A stretch of 19,578 bases of DNA from IMG/VR virus record IMGVR_UViG_3300047620_000017. One strand, written 5' to 3'. A program made the position numbers and the translations under genes. Origin of the DNA: a virus. Shown here piece after piece: positions 13,430 through 19,270 of the stretch. How positions within the stretch are numbered: the first letter of the stretch is position 1; each line of letters starts with the position of its first letter. The notes under the pieces are model-generated. The model searched no databases, was not told the DNA's origin, and saw only the letters and a list, made by a program, of their open reading frames with translations.

Positions 13430-15577
13430 TCAGAGGACGATCGGGGGTGCGGGGGTCTCGGCGGGGTGCTCGTGGGCGTACAGCGCGACGGCGGCCGCAA
13501 TGAGGGCGGGCACGGGCCGCGGGGAGTCCCGGGAGAACCGCCGGACGCCGTTGCTGCTGCGAACCTCGACGCTCCCCGCCTGCGTGCGGAGTTCATCGGT
13601 TCCGTCGTGGATCAGGGTCTCATCCACGCCCGCGTACGCGAGGACGGCCTCGCACCCCTGCCCGTACTCGCTCATGGTCAGCGTCCGGACCTCGTGTCCG
13701 AGCTCCTCGAGTCGTGCGACGAAGCGGCCCACGGGGCCGGCGGAGTCCGCGACGTAGGTGGGATCGAGTCCGAGCTGAGCGGGCAGCTCCCGCGTGACGT
13801 AGGGGATCAGCCACTCCGTGCCGGGGGCCTGGTGGACGATGCGTATGCAGGGCCGCTCGGTTCCCTCATCGATCCAGGCTGCAACCACGGCGGCAGCGGA
13901 GTTGCCGGGAGCGACCTCGATCGCGTAGGTGACCTCAGACGGGTCCGGTGCGAGGACCTCGATCCCCAGATCGTCCCATAGCGCCAGGTCGAACAGGGTG
14001 CCGTCCGAGGCCACGATCCGATTGCAGTACGCGCGGAGCAGAGTCGCCCAGCGCCCGGGGTCGTCCTTTGCCCGGGCTGCACGCGCGGCAAGGTCCTCGA
14101 CAGCGATTGTGTTCCCCACGGCGGGGTGGAACTTCGTCCAGGTGTCGGGGTCCAGCGGGTCCATGCCGTCTGGCATCGAGTACTCGATGTAGCACAGGTC
14201 CGGATCGGTGTTGGCGCGGCCACGGTCCACGTACTCGTTCATCCAGTCCGAGGAGACGGTGCCCATCGTGGATATGAGCCATGTCTGCGCCCGGGATCCG
14301 AGAGTGATCTGGCCGGGCTCGACGGCACCAAGGAGAGCATCCCCCAACTCCTTCGAGTAGTGCCAAATCTCGTCCATCGTGACGAGGTGCGGATGCTCGC
14401 CGTGGAGCGCGGAGAAGGTAGGCGAGAACCGGGTGATGTGAGTGCCCGACATCTCGGCCACACGGACACCCTCGGCGCCGTTCGAGCGGGTGGACGTGAA
14501 CAGCAACCGCATGAGCGATTCCTCGACCCTCTCAATCAGGTCCATCATCCGCTTCCGTGCATCCTGCCCGGACTGCGCGGTGTACCAGCACGAGGCCGGC
14601 TCCCCTCTGGTGAGTGCTCGATGAACCTGTAGCGGGATCGTCAGGTCAGTTTTCCCGGATTGCCTCGGAACAGTGACCAGCACGGTCGTGTAGTGATAGC
14701 AGCGCCGACCCCAGGCGTCGAGACGATACTCGGTCGCCACGTCGAGCGCCTTCCGCTGCCACGGCATGAGGTGGCGGCCCATCGCCTTCGCCACGGCGGC
14801 AATTTCGTGGCCCTCGGTGAGGTACGACGGGTCCCGCTCCGGGTGGTGAGCGGCCGGCGGGAGCACGGTGAAGATCGATGGCTCCGTGTCCATCGCGGAG
14901 GTCAGGAGCGCGTCGATGTCCCCGGCGTCGGCGTCGGTCTCAGGCCGGGGAAGGCGCTCAATGATGGTCTGCATGACCGAGGCGAGCAGCGCGAACCCCG
15001 ACGGGGCGCCGACGTGCAGCGCACGGTCGAGGTCGCGAGCTGCCATGAGCGCGAGCTCCTCGTGCGCGGCCCACTGCCGGGTGGAGAGCCCGGCCTCGTG
15101 GCGGGCGCGGAGTGTGAGACGCACACCTGCTTCCTGGACCCCGGTGTCATCGGTGGGGGGATCCGCAATGGGCAGCGCGTCCTCGGTCGCTCCATCGTGT
15201 TCCTCGGCCGCGGTGCCGAGGAGCACACCGATGTAGGCGGCGAGCATGCCCCGTCCCTGAGTGCTCGGTGACGGAAGCGCCTCGAGGGCCTCGGACATGG
15301 CCTGCAGGAGCTTCGCGCGGCCAGACGGTCGGCCGTGGGTGACTGTCGCGTCGAGCTTCGCGGCGTCGGCGAGGACGAGAGCGACGAGTGCCGAGTCCAG
15401 GGGGTCGAGCAGTCCCGCATCCCGGCGAGCTTGGACGGTGATCTCAGTCGCCAGCTCCAACTCGTGCGTGCTCCGTGGGCGTGGGTCGAGTCCGGGCAGC
15501 ATCAGCACGGATCCGCCCGGATCCGACGTGATTGGACGGTCGGATCCGGGCGTTTTTTCGGCGCGATTCTCGGTCAT
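13430..15577 (-). CDS. Terminase: large-subunit ATPase/nuclease (about aa 250-715) preceded by a ~250-aa N-terminal extension with two homologous modules
   Basis: Walker A VPRQSGKT and Walker B-like HLVTMDEIW, with a nuclease-type C-terminal half. The frame is open from ATG 15577 (ATGA overlap with HNH). An alternative start is ATG 15505. Confidence 0.88.
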   Translation of the reverse strand: MTENRAEKTPGSDRPITSDPGGSVLMLPGLDPRPRSTHELELATEITVQARRDAGLLDPLDSALVALVLADAAKLDATVTHGRPSGRAKLLQAMSEALEALPSPSTQGRGMLAAYIGVLLGTAAEEHDGATEDALPIADPPTDDTGVQEAGVRLTLRARHEAGLSTRQWAAHEELALMAARDLDRALHVGAPSGFALLASVMQTIIERLPRPETDADAGDIDALLTSAMDTEPSIFTVLPPAAHHPERDPSYLTEGHEIAAVAKAMGRHLMPWQRKALDVATEYRLDAWGRRCYHYTTVLVTVPRQSGKTDLTIPLQVHRALTRGEPASCWYTAQSGQDARKRMMDLIERVEESLMRLLFTSTRSNGAEGVRVAEMSGTHITRFSPTFSALHGEHPHLVTMDEIWHYSKELGDALLGAVEPGQITLGSRAQTWLISTMGTVSSDWMNEYVDRGRANTDPDLCYIEYSMPDGMDPLDPDTWTKFHPAVGNTIAVEDLAARAARAKDDPGRWATLLRAYCNRIVASDGTLFDLALWDDLGIEVLAPDPSEVTYAIEVAPGNSAAAVVAAWIDEGTERPCIRIVHQAPGTEWLIPYVTRELPAQLGLDPTYVADSAGPVGRFVARLEELGHEVRTLTMSEYGQGCEAVLAYAGVDETLIHDGTDELRTQAGSVEVRSSNGVRRFSRDSPRPVPALIAAAVALYAHEHPAETPAPPIVL
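15515..15558 (+). terminator. Intrinsic-terminator-like hairpin on the plus (antisense) strand inside the terminase 5' end
   Basis: GCCCGGATCCGAC (15515-15527) and GTCGGATCCGGGC (15539-15551) are perfect reverse complements (13 bp). The loop is 11 nt and is followed by G + TTTTTT (15553-15558). Confidence 0.5.
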
Positions 15578-15924
15578 CCGCTCTCACTGTTTTTTTCTGA
15601 GCGCCCGGGGGAGGGAAAAACATGGGGCGCGGGGTGTTCTGGCGTTCGCGGCGCGAAAAAACCATCTCCATTCACGAGCGCGACTCGACCGTGACGCTGC
15701 CCGTGGTGACCGAAGTTGCAGTTAGGGTGCGCGAGACCGAGATTGTCGTAACCAGTCACTGATCCTCCTTGCTTTCTTCCTCGCTTGTGCTCGATCGTCG
15801 CAATGCGAATGCTCGCGATCCGTGTTCCGCACACGCAACAGATCAGTCCGTCGCGAGCCAGCAGCACTTGCTTGATTGACTGCCGTTTCTTGTACGGAAT
15901 GCGGTTCCACGAGTTGCGACTCAC
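15574..15924 (-). CDS. HNH endonuclease, 116 aa
   Basis: CCVCG...ATIEHKRGRKQGG...NLGLAHPNCN matches the HNH beta-beta-alpha metal motif. GTGA overlap upstream. Lies immediately before the terminase, as in HNH-dependent cos phages. The last ~35 codons have low GC3. Confidence 0.85.
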   Translation of the reverse strand: MSRNSWNRIPYKKRQSIKQVLLARDGLICCVCGTRIASIRIATIEHKRGRKQGGSVTGYDNLGLAHPNCNFGHHGQRHGRVALVNGDGFFAPRTPEHPAPHVFPSPGRSEKNSESG

Positions 15925-16157
15925 GAGCGCTTCTCCTTCCTGGTGCGCGTGGGTTGCTGCACGTGGGCGTCGATGTACTCGACCACGTCACGGGGCCGGT
16001 ACCGGACGGTGGCACCGAGGCGGACAACCGGGGGGCCTCCACCACGGGACCGGAGCTGGCGGAGGGCATCGGGGGTCATGGCGAGCATGCCGGCCACCTC
16101 GGTATGGGTGAGCAGGCGGGGCAGAGTCGGCCGCGGTGCAGGCTGCTGAGCGGTCAT
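15921..16157 (-). CDS. Excisionase-family (HTH_17/MerR-like) DNA-binding protein, 78 aa
   Basis: LLTHTEVAGMLAMTPDALRQLRSRGGGPPVVRLGATVRYRPRDVVEYIDAH is the classic excisionase-type winged-HTH pattern. ATGA overlap upstream. Confidence 0.8.
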   Translation of the reverse strand: MTAQQPAPRPTLPRLLTHTEVAGMLAMTPDALRQLRSRGGGPPVVRLGATVRYRPRDVVEYIDAHVQQPTRTRKEKRS

Positions 16158-16270
16158 CGGAGTACCGTCCGGCAGCGCTCGCATCGGATCGGTCCGGGAT
16201 ACATGATGCTGGAGTGACGACGGTAGTTAGAGCGATGGAGTCCGATACGGCAGAGCAGGCGCCCGATCAT
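16154..16270 (-). CDS. Small Cys/His protein, 38 aa
   Basis: Below the ORF-track cutoff. MIGRLLCRIGLHRSNYRRHSSIMYPGPIRCERCRTVLR. ATGA overlaps at both ends link it to neighbouring genes. Confidence 0.45.
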   Translation of the reverse strand: MIGRLLCRIGLHRSNYRRHSSIMYPGPIRCERCRTVLR

Positions 16271-16515
16271 CGGGTCCCCTCCTTGTCGGGGTCGATCAGG
16301 TTGGAGGCCAGGATCAGCAGGTCTCCGGCCTCCTGGACCATGCGTACGGCGTCGGCGGGGATCGGCAGGCCGGTGCTCTCGGCATCGTCGCGGAGGTCGC
16401 CCCGTGCCACGTCCACGGTTCGGGCCAGGTCGCGGAGTTCGTCGCGGTGGCCGATGAGGTGCAGGCGGGTTGCGACCGTGATTGGCACGGTTGTTTCGGA
16501 GCGTTGGGTCACCAC
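16267..16515 (-). CDS. Hypothetical protein, ~82 aa
   Basis: GTG start at 16515 or 16512, overlapping the upstream stop. Protein-like sequence (TQRSETTVPITVATRLHLIGHRDELRDLARTVDV...). Confidence 0.6.
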   Translation of the reverse strand: MVTQRSETTVPITVATRLHLIGHRDELRDLARTVDVARGDLRDDAESTGLPIPADAVRMVQEAGDLLILASNLIDPDKEGTR

Positions 16516-16649
16516 AGTCCCCCGTCGCTGCTCGTGCACGCGTGGTGCACCAGTTCGTCCTCGTCGTAGACCACTTCGTCGCCGGGTTCGATCGGCTCGG
16601 AGCAGTACGCGCACTTCCCGGGGTAGCGGGCAGCGAACGGGCGCGTCAC
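16509..16649 (-). CDS. Small zinc-ribbon-like protein, 46 aa
   Basis: GTGA overlap with the upstream stop. VTRPFAARYPGKCAYCSEPIEPGDEVVYDEDELVHHAC, i.e. C-x2-C ... H-H-x-C. Confidence 0.6.
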   Translation of the reverse strand: MTRPFAARYPGKCAYCSEPIEPGDEVVYDEDELVHHACTSSDGGLW

Positions 16650-16993
16650 GAGTCGCTCCCGATTGCGCCTCGTCCGCACTTGCGACAGGTCCAACCGTTG
16701 TCCATTTCAGTCACGTACTCGGGCGGACAGAGGCACACGCCCCCGTCGCCCTCGTCCGCGAGGTCTTCGAGGTACTCGGTGGCGAGGGCGACGGGGTCCG
16801 GGGTGAGCGGTGGCCGTGTGCTCTCGGCCTGCTCGATCCACTCGACCATGGTGCGGTGCGTCGCGGACGTGTCCACGGAGCTGAGCAGTTCACGGCGGTA
16901 GGGGTAGAGCGGGGCTACGGCCTCGAGCAGGTACAGGCGTGCGTGCTGCGCGGGCGTAACAGCGGAGAGCGGTTCAGTCTCGGATGTGGTCAT
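16646..16993 (-). CDS. Hypothetical protein with C-terminal zinc-ribbon-like motif, 115 aa
   Basis: Internal ATG 16993 with GGAAGGA SD. The C-terminus VCLCPPEYVTEMDNGWTCRKCG carries two Cys pairs. Confidence 0.65.
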   Translation of the reverse strand: MTTSETEPLSAVTPAQHARLYLLEAVAPLYPYRRELLSSVDTSATHRTMVEWIEQAESTRPPLTPDPVALATEYLEDLADEGDGGVCLCPPEYVTEMDNGWTCRKCGRGAIGSDS

Positions 16994-17159
16994 GGCGGGT
17001 GTGTTCCTTCCTGCGGTTGCGGATCTGGTCGATGAGGTCTCGGGCCTCGGGGCTGCCGGGTACCCACTCGGGGCACTGGGGCCGGCGGCACGTCCCATCG
17101 GCTCGGAGCACGCGGTGGCAGACCGGGCATTGGGGTGCCGAGTCATATAGGCCTGTCAT
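16974..17159 (-). CDS. Small zinc-ribbon protein, 61 aa
   Basis: GAAGGGA SD upstream of ATG 17159. QCPVCHRVLRADGTCRRPQCPEW, i.e. C-x2-C ... C-x4-C. Confidence 0.65.
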   Translation of the reverse strand: MTGLYDSAPQCPVCHRVLRADGTCRRPQCPEWVPGSPEARDLIDQIRNRRKEHTRHDHIRD

Positions 17160-17365
17160 CGCGTTTCCCTTCTTGTCATCGGTGAGGCTGTGGATTCATC
17201 GGATGGTTGAGTGCTGCCCTCCCGCACCACGCGGCCTGCTGCTGCGGGTCGGCCGGTCCGGACTGCGTGGGAGCGTCTGGTAGGTGTGAGAGGGGATCCT
17301 GCTGTTCAGTTGTGGGGGACGTTCCAGGGCTGCCCCTGCGGGGCTGTCGGACCCGCTACGCGGGA

Positions 17366-17389
17366 CCCCTCCCGGAGCGTCCCCTCCCC
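17366..17389 (-). other. Canonical G-quadruplex motif on the minus strand (GGGG-A-GGGG-ACGCTCC-GGG-A-GGGG)
   Basis: The plus strand shows CCCC-T-CCC-GGAGCGT-CCCC-T-CCCC, inside the 440-bp non-coding gap. Confidence 0.5.
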
Positions 17390-17599
17390 AGGTTTGCCCT
17401 CGGACCAGAACCCCCATATACCGAGTCAGGGTGCGCGTGTAGCCTCGGCACTGAAACAGTGCGAGGCTCTGCGCAACCCGTCGGGTGACTGATCAGGTAC
17501 AGCCGAGCGGGGGCCGCCCACGGCAGGCGATTGCTTCTATATGAATCCGTGCGGTCATCGGTTACCGGCTGAGACCGTGAGGGAGAGCGCCGGGGTGGG

Positions 17600-17914
17600 T
17601 CAACGGGTCAGATACCTACCCCCCCCCCCGCCGTAGTAGGTGTCGTCCGTCCATGCGGCCTCGAACTGGGCCACGGTCACGCGCGGGTGGGTCTCCCACC
17701 ACGTGCGGAGTTCCTCGGAGGCGTAGCGGAGTGCTCGGGCCTCGGGGCCGATGAACAGGCTGTAGGCCTCCACGCCGGCGCTGGCAGCGTCCTTGGTGAG
17801 CAGCACGCCCTTGCACGCGACGTGAGCCTGCTGGTACGCGGATTCCCGGTACAGCTCGAATTCATCTCGCATGGAGCGCCAGCGGTGCAGGGCCTCGGTC
17901 ATGATCACGCTCAC
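17600..17914 (-). CDS. Hypothetical early protein, 104 aa (or 100 aa from ATG 17902)
   Basis: GTGA overlap upstream. Well-formed protein sequence (TEALHRWRSMRDEFELYRESAYQQAHVACKGVLL...RTWWETHPRVTVAQFEAAW). Contains a G11 run near its 3' end. Confidence 0.75.
   Translation of the reverse strand: MSVIMTEALHRWRSMRDEFELYRESAYQQAHVACKGVLLTKDAASAGVEAYSLFIGPEARALRYASEELRTWWETHPRVTVAQFEAAWTDDTYYGGGGGRYLTR
17619..17629. repeat. Homopolymer C11 (G11 on the coding strand)
   Basis: 11 consecutive C at 17619-17629. On the minus strand they encode part of GGGGG, 6 codons before the stop of the 104-aa gene. Confidence 0.95.
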
Positions 17915-18081
17915 CGGGCCTCACCTGCCACGGGCTCGACGGGACGGCCGGCGGTGGTCTCAAGTGACCGGAGAGCTGCGGCATGCGACGGGTCATCACA
18001 TGCCGCGAGGGGGCCGACGAACTGGACTTGCAGCGCCGTGGTCGCGGGCTCGTCACACCACGTGCATTCGCGCCTGGGCAT
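17911..18081 (-). CDS. Small Cys-containing protein, 56 aa
   Basis: Below the ORF-track cutoff. MPRRECTWCDEPATTALQVQFVGPLAACDDPSHAAALRSLETTAGRPVEPVAGEAR. TGATG overlap upstream and GTGA overlap downstream. Confidence 0.55.
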   Translation of the reverse strand: MPRRECTWCDEPATTALQVQFVGPLAACDDPSHAAALRSLETTAGRPVEPVAGEAR

Positions 18082-18620
18082 CACCGATCACCTGCCAGAC
18101 TGTGCGCATGGTGAGTTTTGGGGTTCTCGATCAGGCGGTGTCGTGGTTGAACCGGACGCTTGGGCCGCGTCCACAGGGGCACGAGCAGCTCGGCCGTGCG
18201 GTGCAAGGTGTCCAGCAGCTCCCGGCCGGTGTCGGCCAGCAGGCGTCCCACGGCAGCGGTGCCGTGCGCGAGCTGGCGGACGAGGTGATCCGTGAACCCG
18301 TGGACCTCGGAGACCGGGTGGACCTCGAGCACCTCGTGCGCCAGGTGCCCGTCTCGGGGGTGCGCCATCTCTGGGCGGTCCGCAAGGGCCGGAGCGTGCA
18401 CCCACTGGTGAAACTCGGCCGGGACGGTACGCCGGAACCGGGTCCCCGGCTCGGCAGCATCGATCCCGACGACGAGGACATGCGCGAGCTTGGCGGGGTG
18501 AACGTGTGCGTGCTGCGGGTCGCTGTTGACGGCAGGGGCAAGCGTCGAACGGTCGGAGTCGAGGCGATCTTTGGTCGCGAGTACCGGTACCGGCCGCGTG
18601 CCCTGTGGGATTAAGGTCAT
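18081..18620 (-). CDS. Hypothetical His-rich early protein, 179 aa
   Basis: Internal ATG 18620 overlaps the upstream stop (ATGA), and its own stop overlaps the next ATG (TGATG). It therefore fits the unbroken minus-strand chain. A mirror ORF on the plus strand has similar codon-position statistics, so confidence is moderate. Confidence 0.6.
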   Translation of the reverse strand: MTLIPQGTRPVPVLATKDRLDSDRSTLAPAVNSDPQHAHVHPAKLAHVLVVGIDAAEPGTRFRRTVPAEFHQWVHAPALADRPEMAHPRDGHLAHEVLEVHPVSEVHGFTDHLVRQLAHGTAAVGRLLADTGRELLDTLHRTAELLVPLWTRPKRPVQPRHRLIENPKTHHAHSLAGDR

Positions 18621-18862
18621 CGCCAGACCTCGAGTGCCTCGGGACCCCAGTAGACGTGTGCACCGTCGTGCCCTGCGTCCCGCATGCACGAGTAGGTCGT
18701 GCCCTCGTGGCACAAGGTGGAGCGTCGCCAGGCTCGCCGGCGGGGCCGGGACGGATGCGTGATGGTGCGACCTCGAGCGGCGCGGATCAGGACCGCGTGG
18801 TGGTAGTGGCACACGCCGCGCGTCCATGCGGGATCTGTGCATCCGACGTGGCGGCACTTCAT
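18617..18862 (-). CDS. Cys/His-rich (zinc-binding-like) protein, 81 aa
   Basis: Internal ATG 18862 with GGGGAGAA SD. MKCRHVGCTDPAWTRGVCHYHH... resembles the C-x4-C...G-x-C-x2-H motif common in actinophage HNH-type or DNA-binding proteins. Confidence 0.65.
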   Translation of the reverse strand: MKCRHVGCTDPAWTRGVCHYHHAVLIRAARGRTITHPSRPRRRAWRRSTLCHEGTTYSCMRDAGHDGAHVYWGPEALEVWR

Positions 18863-18966
18863 CGGTTCTCCCCTCGGAGGATCGCGGCGACGCCGAGCAC
18901 GGCAGCAGACGCGCACACCATGAGGGCGACCCAGCACAGGCCGTAGCCGATCAGCTCTGCAATCAC
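18859..18966 (-). CDS. Putative 35-aa single-TM peptide
   Basis: The GTG start overlaps the upstream stop (GTGA) and its stop overlaps the next ATG (ATGA). (M)IAELIGYGLCWVALMVCASAAVLGVAAILRGENR is a hydrophobic helix. Confidence 0.4.
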   Translation of the reverse strand: MIAELIGYGLCWVALMVCASAAVLGVAAILRGENR

Positions 18967-19169
18967 TCCCCGGCCTCCTCGCCGTTGGGGGTGGTGTCGG
19001 ACACCAGGGCCTCAATCTGTTCAGCATCGAACCAGAGCGGGCCACGGACGCCTACGCCTCGCACCGCTGGGGCCAGTTCCCCGGCGCGGACGCGACGTGC
19101 GACAGTCTGTGGAGTCACCCCCAGCTTGCGCGCGACCTCGCGCGTAGAGATCAGGTCAAGGTTGATCAT
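18963..19169 (-). CDS. Cro/excisionase-like HTH protein (MerR/HTH_17-type), 68 aa, divergent from the repressor-like gene
   Basis: LISTREVARKLGVTPQTVARRVRAGELAP...LWFDAEQIEAL. It is the first gene of the minus-strand array. Confidence 0.8.
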   Translation of the reverse strand: MINLDLISTREVARKLGVTPQTVARRVRAGELAPAVRGVGVRGPLWFDAEQIEALVSDTTPNGEEAGE

Positions 19170-19176
19170 GTGGGCA

Positions 19177-19206
19177 ACTCTAGGGCCGGCTTGATCTATT
19201 GGTCAA
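19177..19206 (-). promoter_or_regulatory. Candidate promoter of the minus-strand early operon (leaderless)
   Basis: Minus strand reads TTGACC (19206-19201), an 18-nt spacer, TAGAGT (19182-19177), then 7 nt and ATG 19169. The -35 lies back-to-back with a plus-strand TTGACA, forming the palindrome GTCAA-CC-TTGAC (19202-19213). Confidence 0.45.
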
Positions 19207-19258
19207 CCTTGACAGCCCCGGCGTGTCGAGCCACTAGCGCAATGTCCCCCACCTGTTC

Positions 19259-19264
19259 TAGGTT
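19259..19264 (+). promoter_or_regulatory. Candidate -10 element (TAGGTT) for a leaderless repressor-like transcript
   Basis: TAGGTT fits TANNNT and ends 6 nt before ATG 19271. No SD precedes the ATG and no good -35 sits at 17-18 nt, so this is tentative. Confidence 0.3.
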
Positions 19265-19270
19265 GAACAC

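Noticed and set aside
17442-17467. Hairpin GCCTCGGCAC-TGAAACA-GTGCGAGGC as terminator of the upstream early genes
   Set aside because: No U-tract follows on either strand and the stem has a bulge. It is kept only as a structural element of the non-coding island.
17196-17492. ORFs 17207..17488(+), 17211..17492(+) and 17196..17417(-) in the non-coding island
   Set aside because: Cys/Gly/Pro/Arg-rich improbable translations, with no SD and no coupling to neighbouring genes. The region is treated as non-coding.
17871-18614. 247-aa plus-strand ORF (plausible from MVSFGVLDQ... at ATG 18108) as the real gene instead of minus 18081..18620
   Set aside because: It uses the same codon triplets as the minus ORF. 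Hand counts of GC1/GC3 were nearly equal for both strands over 18300-18611 and slightly favoured minus over ~18108-18299. The minus ORF is locked into the operon by ATGA and TGATG overlaps at both ends, whereas the plus ORF would lack promoter or terminator space. The high His content of the minus product keeps this open.
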